From: Rhodomicrobium sp.
Lineage (GTDB): Bacteria > Pseudomonadota > Alphaproteobacteria > Rhizobiales > Rhodomicrobiaceae
Length of the DNA: 64,000 bases
Direction: 5' to 3'
Assembly: GCA_031399085.1 (NCBI GenBank)
Contig: JANNOQ010000095.1
Span: 13,247-77,246 of the forward strand
The notes beneath the pieces are model-generated. The model was given only the letters and a program-made list of their open reading frames with translations, did not search any database and had not been told where the DNA came from. Each line of letters opens with the position of its first letter. Positions within the stretch are counted from its first letter, which is position 1. This document shows, in pieces, positions 8,629 to 17,905 of the stretch. The translations under genes were made by a program, and so were the position numbers.

Positions 8629-9813
8629 ATGATCATGGCACAGCGTTATTTCTGCTTATTTTTGATCTTTGCGCTGGCGGCGGGCCTTTGCCCTTCGCGG
8701 CCCAGCGCGCAGGTCGAAACTGAGGCGGACTATGCCATCCTCATGGACGCCGAAACGCAAACCGTGCTGTTCGAAAAGAAAGCCGACGAGTTGATGCAGC
8801 CGGCGAGCATGAGCAAGCTGATGACGCTCGCCGTCGTCTTCGAGGCGCTCGACCAAGGCAAGATCACGCTGCAAACCGAATATCCGGTCAGCGAAAATGC
8901 CTGGCGCACTGGCGGCGCACCATCGGGCACCTCCGCCATGTTCGCGCCGCTGAAAACCAATGTGACGGTGCTGGATTTGCTGCAGGGCATCGTCATCCAG
9001 TCCGGCAACGACGCCTGCATCGTGCTGGCCGAAGGATTGGCCGGCTCGGAAGACGCCTTCGCGCAAATGATGACCGACTATGCGCGACGCATCGGGCTCA
9101 CCAAATCGACTTTCGCCAACTCCACTGGACTGCCACATCCCAAGCAATTAATGACTGCGCGCGAACTTGCTCTGCTCGCCAATCACGTTATTCAGAGTTA
9201 CCCAAAATATTATGCCTATTTTCAGCAGAAAGAATTCCGTTACCGAAAGCACATATTCTATAATCGTAATCCGCTAATCTATGCCAATGTTGGAGCGGAT
9301 GGCCTCAAGACAGGGTTTACCGCTGAATCCGGCTACGGACTTGTCGGCTCAGCGCTTTTGGATGGCCGACGCCTTATCGTGGTGCAGAACGGCGTGAAGA
9401 CACAGACCGGGCGCAAGGAAGACGGCGTCAGGCTGCTGAATTGGGGATTCAAAAGCTTTGAGAAATTTACCGTGTTCGGCGCGGGCGAAACCGTCGAGCA
9501 GGCGCTCGTATGGGGCGGTGAGAAGCGCTATGTGAAGCTGCGCGGCGATGGCGATGTGCGAATTCTGCTTCCGAAAAACGTCAAGCAAAGAACCCTGCGC
9601 GGTGAAGTTGTGTATCTTGGCCCGGTGATCGCACCGGTCAAGGAGGGCGACAAGATCGGCGAATTGCGCGTCACGGCCGAAAATGGCGTCGCGACCTCCG
9701 CCCCGCTCTATGCGGCCGAATCGATCGAGCGCGCCGGTCTGATCCGACAGGGCTTCGATTCCGCTTTGAGCCTCGCCTTCGGTTGGCTTATCCACCGGCA
9801 TAGCGGCGAGTAA
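8629..9813 (+). CDS. D-alanyl-D-alanine carboxypeptidase (class C low-MW PBP, PBP5/6-like)
   Basis: 394 aa with a signal peptide, the SxxK motif (ASMSKLMT), the SxN motif (QSGND) and KTG (LKTGFT). Confidence 0.9.
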   Translation: MIMAQRYFCLFLIFALAAGLCPSRPSAQVETEADYAILMDAETQTVLFEKKADELMQPASMSKLMTLAVVFEALDQGKITLQTEYPVSENAWRTGGAPSGTSAMFAPLKTNVTVLDLLQGIVIQSGNDACIVLAEGLAGSEDAFAQMMTDYARRIGLTKSTFANSTGLPHPKQLMTARELALLANHVIQSYPKYYAYFQQKEFRYRKHIFYNRNPLIYANVGADGLKTGFTAESGYGLVGSALLDGRRLIVVQNGVKTQTGRKEDGVRLLNWGFKSFEKFTVFGAGETVEQALVWGGEKRYVKLRGDGDVRILLPKNVKQRTLRGEVVYLGPVIAPVKEGDKIGELRVTAENGVATSAPLYAAESIERAGLIRQGFDSALSLAFGWLIHRHSGE

Positions 9814-9884
9814 GCGCTTGATGCGAGGCCCAGCCGGGTCTATGCCAAAGGTCCGTTCCATCCGGGCCGGGTAGGAGAGCCTGA

Positions 9885-10526
9885 GTGGCGGCTGGCAAAT
9901 TCATTACCTTCGAAGGCGGCGAGGGCGCGGGCAAAAGCACGCAGGCCGCGCTGCTTCGTGACAGGCTCACCGAATATGGCCACGAAATCGTGCTGACCCG
10001 CGAGCCGGGGGGATCGCCCCGCGCGGAAGCGATCCGATCCGTGCTGCTCTCAGGCAAGGCCAAAAGCTACGGCCCCATGGGCGAGGCGCTGCTGTTCTAC
10101 GTTGCGCGCGACTCCCATCTCGAATTGACTATCCGTCCTGCCCTCGCACGCGGCGCCTGGGTAATCTGCGACCGTTTTCACGACTCCACCCGCGCCTATC
10201 AAGGCGCGGCGGGGGGCGTCCCGATTGCGGCGGTGGACGCGCTTGAGCGCGTGGTTGTCGGCCCGACGCGCCCCGATCTGACGCTCATTCTCGATCTGCC
10301 GCCCGAGCAGGGCCTAAAGCGCGCCGCCGCCCGCGCCAAATCCGAGGGTGGGGAGGCCGACCGCTTCGAGAGCATGTCTCTCGTCTTCCACAGCAGTTTG
10401 CGCCAGGAGTTTCTGGATATAGCCGCCGCCGAACCGTGGCGCTGCGCCGTCATCGACGCGAACCGCCTGCCCGAAACGGTTGCGGAGGATATCTGGTCGG
10501 TCGTCGCCAAGCGCTTGGAGCTATGA
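9885..10526 (+). CDS. tmk: dTMP (thymidylate) kinase
   Basis: GTG start preceded by AGGAGA. The P-loop is FITFEGGEGAGKSTQ. It is 213 aa and lies in the conserved position before holB. Confidence 0.93.
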   Translation: MAAGKFITFEGGEGAGKSTQAALLRDRLTEYGHEIVLTREPGGSPRAEAIRSVLLSGKAKSYGPMGEALLFYVARDSHLELTIRPALARGAWVICDRFHDSTRAYQGAAGGVPIAAVDALERVVVGPTRPDLTLILDLPPEQGLKRAAARAKSEGGEADRFESMSLVFHSSLRQEFLDIAAAEPWRCAVIDANRLPETVAEDIWSVVAKRLEL

Positions 10527-10532
10527 TCCCGC

Positions 10533-11681
10533 ATGGCGAAGGCGCGCATTATCGATGCCGACACCGAAGCGCCGCCCGAGGCCGACCGCCTCGCCGGGTG
10601 GCCGCGTCCGCGCGAAACCCGGCGGATGTTGGGGCATGAGGCCGCCGAAACGATCATCGCCGACGCCATCGCCTCCCGCCGTCTCCATCATGCCTGGCTG
10701 ATGACCGGCGAGCAGGGCATCGGAAAAGCGACCTTCGCCTATCGCATCGCCCGCTTCCTTCTGGCGCAACAGGGGCTGGAGCTACCCTCCGCCCTCGCCT
10801 CGCTCACTGTGGCGGATGAGAGCCGAGCCTGGCGTCAGGTCGCGAACCTCTCGCATCCCGGCCTGCTGATCCTCCGGCGCGGATGGGACTCGTCAGGAAA
10901 AAAATTCCGTCAGAGCATCGCCATCGACGACATCCGCGCGCTGCGTCATTTTTTGCAACGCACGGCTGTCACCCCTTGGCGCGTGATAATCGTAGATGGC
11001 GCCGACGATCTCAATCTGAATTCCGCCAATGCGCTGCTCAAATCGCTGGAAGAGCCGCCGCCGCGAACCGTATTTTTGCTGATCTCATCCTCACCCGGCC
11101 GCCTGTTGCTGACCATTCGTTCCCGCTGCCGCACCGTCCGTTTCGAGCCGCTCGGGACCGAAGCGCTCCGGCAAGCGGTGCAGGCTGCCTGCCGGACGGC
11201 CGAGCGCGACGCGCCGGAGGCGGCCCAACTCTCAACGCTGCTCGCGCTTGGCAAGGGCAGCCCGCGCCGCGTCCTCCAGCTTCTCGACGGCGGCGGGTTG
11301 GCCCTGTTCGAAGCCGTTCTAACGCTCCTTGAAAGCCTGCCGCGTCTCGACCGCATGGCGCTGCACAAGCTAATTGCCCTGACTGCCGGTCGCGATACCG
11401 ATGCGCATAGCATGGCCTTCGACCTGCTTGAGGAAATCCTCGCAAGCGCCTTGCGCGGCCAAGCGGCGGGCGGTGGCCCGGATGCGACCTTTCCCCAGCT
11501 GCGCCGCTTCCCCACCCTCATCACGTCCGACAACCTTGCGGATTGGGCCGAGCTGTGGGAAACAATTCGCCAAGCGCGCGGCGAAGCGGAGCGCCTCAAT
11601 CTCGACAAGGCGGCGCTGACCCTGACGGTGTTCGAAACCATCGAGCGCCTCGCCCGAAAAGCGGCGAAGCGCGGGCACTAA
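10533..11681 (+). CDS. holB: DNA polymerase III subunit delta'
   Basis: 382 aa with an AAA+-like N-terminus (HHAWLMTGEQGIGKATFAYRIARFLL, VIIVDGADDLNLNSANALLKSLEEPP, TIRSRC). It lies in tmk-holB-metG synteny. Confidence 0.88.
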   Translation: MAKARIIDADTEAPPEADRLAGWPRPRETRRMLGHEAAETIIADAIASRRLHHAWLMTGEQGIGKATFAYRIARFLLAQQGLELPSALASLTVADESRAWRQVANLSHPGLLILRRGWDSSGKKFRQSIAIDDIRALRHFLQRTAVTPWRVIIVDGADDLNLNSANALLKSLEEPPPRTVFLLISSSPGRLLLTIRSRCRTVRFEPLGTEALRQAVQAACRTAERDAPEAAQLSTLLALGKGSPRRVLQLLDGGGLALFEAVLTLLESLPRLDRMALHKLIALTAGRDTDAHSMAFDLLEEILASALRGQAAGGGPDATFPQLRRFPTLITSDNLADWAELWETIRQARGEAERLNLDKAALTLTVFETIERLARKAAKRGH

Positions 11682-11717
11682 GCCTCTCACGCCATCAACA
11701 GCGGGGTTCACAAGGCC

Positions 11718-13277
11718 ATGACGAAGAAACCGGCCTTCTATATCACGACCGCGATTTCCTATCCCAACGGCGCGCCGCATATCGGCCACGCCTATGAGGC
11801 GATCGCAACCGACGCCATCGCCCGGTTCAAGCGGCTTGACGGCTACGACGTCTATTTCCTGACCGGCGTTGACGAGCATGGCCTTAAGATGAAGCAGACC
11901 GCCGCTAAGGCCGGGATCACGCCCGCCGAACTCGGCGAGCGCAACACGCCGCGCTTCAAGGCAATGGCCGACAGGCTCAACATTTCCTACGACGATTTCA
12001 TCCGCACCACGGAGAAGCGGCATTACGATTCCGTGGCCGCGATCTGGCGGCGCATGGCGGATGCGGGAGACATCTATCTCGATCAATATGCGGGCTGGTA
12101 CTCAGTGCGCGACGAGGCTTTTTACGCCGAGGACGAAACCGAACTCCGGGAGGACGGTATTCGTGTCGGCCCGCAAGGCACGCCGGTTGAGTGGGCGGAG
12201 GAAGAAACGTATTTCTTCCGGCTCGCGGCCTATGAGGAAAAGCTTCTGGCCCATTATGAGGCGAACCCGGATTTCATTCTGCCGCCGGAGCGCCGCAACG
12301 AGATTGTCAGTTTTGTAAAAGGCGGGCTGAAGGATTTATCCGTTTCGCGCACCACGCTTGACTGGGGCATCCCCGTGCCAGATGCGCCTGGCCATGTCAT
12401 CTATGTCTGGGTCGACGCGCTGACCAACTACATCACCGGCGTCGGCTTTCCTGACGAGTTAGCACCGCAATATCAGCGCTACTGGCCGGCCGATGTGCAC
12501 ATGATCGGCAAGGACATTACTCGGTTCCACGCGGTTTATTGGCCGGCTTTCCTGCTGTCGGCCGGACTGCCGCTGCCCAAGCGCATCTTTTCGCATGGCT
12601 TCCTGAACAACCGGGGCGAGAAAATGTCGAAATCGGTCGGCAATGTCGTCGATCCGTTCGAGATGGCGGAGCGCTATGGCGTCGATCAGATGCGCTACTT
12701 CTTCCTGCGCGAGCCGCCATTCGGCCAGGATGGCAGCTATGGCCACGAGGCCATCGTCAATCGCACCAACGCCGATCTGGCGAACGATCTCGGCAATCTG
12801 GCGCAGCGATCGTTGTCCATGATCGCCAAAAATTGCGACGGCAGGCTTCCTCAGCCGGGCAACTTCACCGATGCGGACAAGGCTTTGCTCGACGCCGCCG
12901 ACGCCATCATCGGCACAGCGCGCGAGGCGATGGAGCGGCAGGCGATACATCGTGTGATCGAAACGATCTGGGCGGTCGTCGCCGACACGAACCGTTATTT
13001 CGCCGGCGAGGCTCCCTGGGCGCTGAAGAAGACCGATCCGGCGCGCATGGCGACCGTGCTTTATGTCACGGCGGAGGTGCTGCGCCAGCTTGGCATCCTC
13101 GCCCAGCCTTTCATTCCTGCATCGGCGGAAAAGCTGCTCGATCAGCTAGGGCTCGTCGATGCGCGCGATTTCGCTCAGCTCGGCGCCACTGGCCGCTTGA
13201 CAGCCGGCGCGGCGCTCGGGCCTTTGCAACCGATCTTCCCGCGCTATATTGAGCCGGAAACCGCCGCTGCGGAGTGA
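11718..13277 (+). CDS. metG: methionine--tRNA ligase
   Basis: 519 aa with the HIGH motif (APHIGHAYE) and KMSKS (EKMSKSVGN). Confidence 0.95.
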   Translation: MTKKPAFYITTAISYPNGAPHIGHAYEAIATDAIARFKRLDGYDVYFLTGVDEHGLKMKQTAAKAGITPAELGERNTPRFKAMADRLNISYDDFIRTTEKRHYDSVAAIWRRMADAGDIYLDQYAGWYSVRDEAFYAEDETELREDGIRVGPQGTPVEWAEEETYFFRLAAYEEKLLAHYEANPDFILPPERRNEIVSFVKGGLKDLSVSRTTLDWGIPVPDAPGHVIYVWVDALTNYITGVGFPDELAPQYQRYWPADVHMIGKDITRFHAVYWPAFLLSAGLPLPKRIFSHGFLNNRGEKMSKSVGNVVDPFEMAERYGVDQMRYFFLREPPFGQDGSYGHEAIVNRTNADLANDLGNLAQRSLSMIAKNCDGRLPQPGNFTDADKALLDAADAIIGTAREAMERQAIHRVIETIWAVVADTNRYFAGEAPWALKKTDPARMATVLYVTAEVLRQLGILAQPFIPASAEKLLDQLGLVDARDFAQLGATGRLTAGAALGPLQPIFPRYIEPETAAAE

Positions 13278-13290
13278 TGTGAGTTCTAAA

Positions 13291-14097
13291 ATGCTAGTCG
13301 ACAGCCATTGCCACCTCGATTTCCCGGATTTCGAAAGTGAGCTCGACGCCATCGTCGCGCGCGCCGAGGCGTCCGGCGTCGGCGCGATGCTGACGATCTC
13401 GACGCGCGTTCGCCAGTTCGAGCGCATCCGCGCGGTGGCCGAGCGCTTCGCCGATGTCTGCTGCACAGTGGGCACACATCCGCATTACGCGGCGGAGGAG
13501 CGCGATGTGGAGCTCAGTGAAATCCTGACGCTCTCCCAGCATCCCAAGGCCGTGGCCATCGGCGAGGCTGGGCTGGATTATTTCTACGAAAAAAGCCCGA
13601 TCCCCGATCAGGAGCACGGCTTTCGTCAGCATATTGCCGCCGCGCGCGAGACCGGCTTGCCTCTGGTGATCCACAGCCGCGACGCGGACGAGCATATGGG
13701 CCGCATCCTCGACGAGGAGATGGCCAAGGGCAAGTTCGGCGCCGTTCTGCATTGCTATACGGGCGGACGCGCGCTGGCGATGCGGGGCATCGATCTGGGT
13801 CTTTACGTCTCGTTTTCAGGCGTCCTTACCTTCAATAAATCCGAGGCGCTGCGCGCCATTGCCGCCGAAATCCCGCTCGACCGCCTGCTGGTGGAAACCG
13901 ACGCGCCCTATCTCGCGCCGATGCCCCATCGCGGCAAGCGCAACGAGCCGGCCTTTGTGCGGCAAACGGCCAGCGTGCTCGCAAAGGTCAAAGGCGTGAG
14001 CGAAACCGAAATCGCAGCCGTTACGACCGAAAATTTCTTCCGCCTCTTTGCCAAGGCCGATGGGCTCGTCGCCGAGGCGGCGCGTTCGGCCGCATGA
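13291..14097 (+). CDS. TatD family metal-dependent hydrolase/DNase
   Basis: Lies in ORF 13249..14097; the start is probably ATG 13291 (MLVDSHCHLDF). Typical TatD His/Asp motifs are present (IGEAGLDY, VIHSRDA, ETDAPY). Confidence 0.9.
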   Translation: MLVDSHCHLDFPDFESELDAIVARAEASGVGAMLTISTRVRQFERIRAVAERFADVCCTVGTHPHYAAEERDVELSEILTLSQHPKAVAIGEAGLDYFYEKSPIPDQEHGFRQHIAAARETGLPLVIHSRDADEHMGRILDEEMAKGKFGAVLHCYTGGRALAMRGIDLGLYVSFSGVLTFNKSEALRAIAAEIPLDRLLVETDAPYLAPMPHRGKRNEPAFVRQTASVLAKVKGVSETEIAAVTTENFFRLFAKADGLVAEAARSAA

Positions 14098-14894
14098 CTC
14101 TCCGCTTCACAATCCTGGGCTGCGGCTCGTCTCCCGGCGTGCCTCGCATTGATGGTCATTGGGGCGCCTGCGATCCCGCCAACCCGAAGAACCGGCGTCG
14201 GCGTTGCGCGCTGCTGGTCGAGCGTTTTGCCGGCGAAAAAAGAACAGCGGTGCTCGTGGATACCGGCCCCGATCTGCGCGAACAAATCTTGGAGACCGGC
14301 ATCGACTGGCTCGACGGCGTGCTTTACACGCACGACCATGCCGACCACACGCATGGCATCGACGATCTGCGCATCCTTGCCTATCGCGGCCGCCGCCGCA
14401 TCGACGTTTATTTCGACGGCGTGACGGCGGACATCCTGCAACGCCGCTTTGACTACTGCTTCGCCACGCCCAAGGGCAGCAGCTATCCGCCTATTGTCAA
14501 AGCGCACATCATCCACCCCGGTGAGACTGTAACCGTCGATGGCCCCGGCGGACCGATTTCGGCCATGCCATTTCTACAGCGGCACGGCGATATCGACTCG
14601 CTCGGCTTCCGGTTCGGCGATCTCGCTTATTCGAGCGACGTGCATGATCTGCCGGAGCCTACCCTGCCGATGCTCGAAGGACTCGATGTGTGGATCATCG
14701 ATGCGCTGCGGTACACGACGCATCCGAGTCATTTCTCAGTCGAGGAAGCACTAGGCTGGATCGACCGCGTCCGGCCGAAACGGGCGATCCTTACCCATAT
14801 GCATATGGACCTGGATTACGAGACGCTGCGGCGGGAGCTGCCCGAAGGCGTCGAGCCCGCCTATGACGGAATGCAGATGGATCTGGCTTATTGA
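14094..14894 (+). CDS. MBL-fold metallo-hydrolase (PhnP/GPP-like)
   Basis: 266 aa with the HxHxDH motif (THDHADHTHG). It overlaps the tatD stop by 4 nt. Confidence 0.85.
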   Translation: MTLRFTILGCGSSPGVPRIDGHWGACDPANPKNRRRRCALLVERFAGEKRTAVLVDTGPDLREQILETGIDWLDGVLYTHDHADHTHGIDDLRILAYRGRRRIDVYFDGVTADILQRRFDYCFATPKGSSYPPIVKAHIIHPGETVTVDGPGGPISAMPFLQRHGDIDSLGFRFGDLAYSSDVHDLPEPTLPMLEGLDVWIIDALRYTTHPSHFSVEEALGWIDRVRPKRAILTHMHMDLDYETLRRELPEGVEPAYDGMQMDLAY

Positions 14895-14940
14895 GCGCGC
14901 CCGGCCCGGGAGCCTTTTCCAGAAGATCGGTTTCACCAGC

Positions 14941-15098
14941 CCCCTCACCCAGCCGCCTTTGGCGGCAGCCCTCTCCCGCAAGGGGAGAGGGCAAGGAGGC
15001 TATCTTGCGCTGTGTGGCAACCCGCGCCTTCATTCTTTCGTTTCTTGCCCTCTCCCCCTCGCGGGAGAGGGCGGGCGCGTCAGCGACCGGGTGAGGGG
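14941..15098. repeat. composite palindromic intergenic element (outer 10-bp IR enclosing two CCCTCTCCC...GGGAGAGGG hairpins)
   Basis: The outer IR is CCCCTCACCC (14941-14950) / GGGTGAGGGG (15089-15098). Hairpin 1 is 14969-14977 / 14983-14991. Hairpin 2 is 15048-15056 / 15063-15071. An additional GCCGCC-TTT-GGCGGC hairpin lies at 14952-14966. The element sits between convergent genes and may act as a bidirectional terminator. Confidence 0.8.
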
Positions 15099-15168
15099 GC
15101 TGCGCGCGGTGAATTGTGAAGATTGGGCTGACTCAGCGGGCAGCCTTCTCCCAACAGACATCATTGCT

Positions 15169-16320
15169 CTATGACACCGCCGCGATATCGCCGTCGTCGT
15201 CCTGCGCGGCTCCGGCCATACGGACGCCGATATAGCGGATTTTCCCCGCGATCTTGGCCTTTTGCACGCCGAGATCGGTCAGCTGGCGGCTGAAGATCGG
15301 AAGCCCGACCGGCTGGCGCGCTGTTGTCTCGCACCATTCGCAGTAATTGTCGTAGAGCGCCAAAGCCGTGACGCTCGCGCCGTCGTCCTGCCGGATGCGA
15401 TCCTCGAAATAGATTTCGATGTCGCTTTTCGGCAAGGCAAGCTGCGCTGGCTGATGCAATTGATGCAGCTGATAGGGCGGGCGCAGCGGCGGCTGAATGA
15501 TTTCTACCACCTTCACCGGCTCCGGGACCGGCCGCCTTGGCTGGTCGTTGATCCGCCAGGTGCTGGTCGAGACATAAAGCCCAAGGCTCGATCCCAATTC
15601 GACAAGCAGCGTGATAAGGATCGTCAAACCCACCTCCACGCGGCTGATGTCGACCCCCGACAGGGTTGAAATGATCGCCGCCTGCGGATCGGCAACCTTC
15701 ACCGCCGAGCGTCCGTCCATCTCGCCGAGTTTGGCGCGGATTTCAGCGGCTTGCTTCTGCAGCACTTCATCCTTCTTTGCTGCGGCAAGCTCGGCTTGGA
15801 GCCTGTGATAGGATTCGCAAAACTCCCGGCTGAGGGTGACAGTGGCGTTCGTGCAGCCCTCCGACGTTGTCCAGCGGACATTCTGCTTGGCGCCTTCGAT
15901 GTCGGCCGCGACCATGCCGGCTGCGCGATGTTTTTCGATCCAGCTCTGTTGCTGCGACACTTGGTTGAGTTGGGCGCGCAGGTCCTCGTATTTCTCAGTC
16001 TGAATCGTGCGGCTACCCGAGGTGTCGGAGCGATTGAGCGCAGCAAAGCCGAGCGCCGAGGTCAGCGCATAGAGAATGCAGACCGCCCAGAGCGCGGCGC
16101 CGCCAAGCGCCTGCGACCAGTTACGGTTGCGCCAGGCCGCGAAGATGAAGAACGGCAACAGCGCCTTCAGCCCGTCGGCGGCGATGCTGGCCGCCCCGAA
16201 GACTTGCGAATCGAATTCGGTCTTGCCAAGGCTGTAGCCGAATTGCCAATTCATGGCGGCTGAGACGGCCAGCAGCATAAGCGCCGCCGCACATCCGAAT
16301 ACGCCAAATACATGCCTCAT
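15169..16320 (-). CDS. hypothetical membrane / coiled-coil protein with C-terminal putative winged-helix block (orphan, possibly mobile-element derived)
   Basis: Lies in ORF 15169..16323. ATG 16320 has AGGGGGG 5 nt upstream. Three N-terminal hydrophobic helices are followed by a long charged heptad-like region (YEDLRAQLNQVSQQQSWIEKH, LQAELAAAKKDEVLQKQAAEIRAKLGEM) and a fourth hydrophobic helix (VEVGLTILITLLVELGSSLGLYV). A Pro-rich linker with QLHQLHQ follows. The C-terminus reads ALYDNYCEWCETTARQPVGLPIFSRQLTDLGVQKAKIAGKIRYIGVRM. Confidence 0.7.
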   Translation of the reverse strand: MRHVFGVFGCAAALMLLAVSAAMNWQFGYSLGKTEFDSQVFGAASIAADGLKALLPFFIFAAWRNRNWSQALGGAALWAVCILYALTSALGFAALNRSDTSGSRTIQTEKYEDLRAQLNQVSQQQSWIEKHRAAGMVAADIEGAKQNVRWTTSEGCTNATVTLSREFCESYHRLQAELAAAKKDEVLQKQAAEIRAKLGEMDGRSAVKVADPQAAIISTLSGVDISRVEVGLTILITLLVELGSSLGLYVSTSTWRINDQPRRPVPEPVKVVEIIQPPLRPPYQLHQLHQPAQLALPKSDIEIYFEDRIRQDDGASVTALALYDNYCEWCETTARQPVGLPIFSRQLTDLGVQKAKIAGKIRYIGVRMAGAAQDDDGDIAAVS

Positions 16321-16733
16321 CACTGCCCCCTATAGTCTGTGTGGCCGCACAAGGCGGCTCAGCAAAGGTCAAGGGGCCGTCTGGCATGGCTCGCCGGGAT
16401 TGGCGCCGCAAATGCGTGCGCGAATCAGGAAAGCTGCCCTGTCCAGCGGATGCCGAACAGGCTGAACAATCACACAAATGGCCGTCAGTCCGCATGCCGA
16501 TCAGCTCGAAAGCTGCCAGACCTGTCCCCACAGATCGAACCGGCGTTCCGGCCACTGCTCCACCGCAAGGAGCAACCGGACGACCGATCCCGCTTCGGCT
16601 AGCGGATTTGGCCCCCTCTGCGACATATGTAACTGATTCGTAAGCCCAAACGAAAAATTAAGATCGACCCACAAGAGCTAGTGGCAGCAGTGGATAAACT
16701 GACTCTATCTTGTGCGGAATTTGGGCGCAAACT

Positions 16734-16776
16734 GTTAGCTAAGATCGCAAAAAAGCCGCCGGGTTAGCTAAGATCG
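16734..16776 (+). repeat. two exact 14-bp direct repeats GTTAGCTAAGATCG (candidate regulatory sites)
   Basis: The copies lie at 16734-16747 and 16763-16776, a 29-bp period. They sit 36-78 bp upstream of ATG 16812. Confidence 0.6.
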
Positions 16777-16811
16777 GCCATTCCAAAACCGCAAAATATG
16801 GGAGGATACTT

Positions 16812-17717
16812 ATGTCCTCCTCGACAGAACGACCTTTCCCACAGGCCTCATGGAAAAGGACCCTCACCATGCGCCGGTTCAGCTTGATCGTTTTCGCCGC
16901 TGCCGCTCTCATCATCTTGCTATTTCCAAAAGCGAGGGAGGAGGCGAAATCGCCCGTCCAGCAAATTGCATCGGCTGCAAGCCGGCCGGAGATCCCCGTC
17001 ACTCCTTCGATGAATGGCGCCATGCAGCGGCTGCCTGCGAGCGCAGTCGAGGACACGGCGCCCGGCAAGTCTGAACCGCCGAACGGCCGCATCGAGATCG
17101 CATCGGCCCAAGCCTATGAAACCTACGCTCCCGCCCACATCCCGTCTTCAGCCAAGTCGGGCGGCCTTGACGCCACTAAACTGGAGATGCCGGACGACGA
17201 TCTGGCGTTGGCAGCGCAGCGCGAATTGGCGCGGCTGGGGTGTTACGACGCCAAGATCGACGGCGTATGGGGGCGAAAAAGCCGGTTGGCTGTCAAGACC
17301 ATCAGCGATCGCGCCAACCGCAACTGGGACGCCGAGCCGAGCCGGGATCTGATTGCGGCGTTGCGGGCGGCGCCTGACGGAGTTTGTCAATCGGCGTGCG
17401 CCAAAAGCTCCTCCGCCGGCCAGTGCGCGCTCGCGCTGGCGACCCAAACGGAACGGACAGGCGACCCCAGGTCAGGAGAGGCAAAGCCAGATGACGCCTC
17501 CTATCTGCCTCCCTGGATGCGCGGCGAAAAACTTGCCAGCATTGCGCCGGATGGAGCCTTGACCGATGCTCAAAAGAGCGTGTCCGACTCAGCCGGCAAG
17601 GCAAAGCCTCGGCGGGAGCGGCGTAGAGAGAGCGCAGAGCGCTTCGAGCAGCCCGTCCAGAAAAGACGCTTCAGCGAGTGGCAACCGCCCGAAGGCTGGC
17701 CCGGAACAGGCCGCTGA
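16812..17717 (+). CDS. hypothetical membrane-anchored protein with peptidoglycan-binding-like segment
   Basis: There is a strong SD (GGGAGGA) before ATG 16812. It has a hydrophobic anchor (FSLIVFAAAALIILLF) and a PG_binding_1-like stretch (LALAAQRELARLGCYDAKIDGVWGRKSRLAVKTI). The C-terminus is low-complexity and basic. Confidence 0.65.
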   Translation: MSSSTERPFPQASWKRTLTMRRFSLIVFAAAALIILLFPKAREEAKSPVQQIASAASRPEIPVTPSMNGAMQRLPASAVEDTAPGKSEPPNGRIEIASAQAYETYAPAHIPSSAKSGGLDATKLEMPDDDLALAAQRELARLGCYDAKIDGVWGRKSRLAVKTISDRANRNWDAEPSRDLIAALRAAPDGVCQSACAKSSSAGQCALALATQTERTGDPRSGEAKPDDASYLPPWMRGEKLASIAPDGALTDAQKSVSDSAGKAKPRRERRRESAERFEQPVQKRRFSEWQPPEGWPGTGR

Positions 17718-17905
17718 TGATCTTCCTTCGGGCTGAGGCCAGAAATGCCTCGAAGTGGACAATCCTGGCTGGAAGACTTTGCCCTCCGGGCAGGGGAGCG
17801 ATCCAACTGGCTCGTCCTAATACTCTGGCGCCGTAGGCTATCCTTCGCCTGGCTGCAGCTTTAGGATCAAAGCGCACATGCGGCGGCATACGAGGCAAGC
17901 ACCCT

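Noticed and set aside
16501-16626. 41-codon minus-strand sORF (MSQRGPNPLAEAGSVVRLLLAVEQWPERRFDLWGQVWQLSS) in the gene-free interval upstream of the orphan 383-aa gene.
   Set aside because: It has no Shine-Dalgarno sequence, is short and shows no recognisable motif. I cannot distinguish it from chance.
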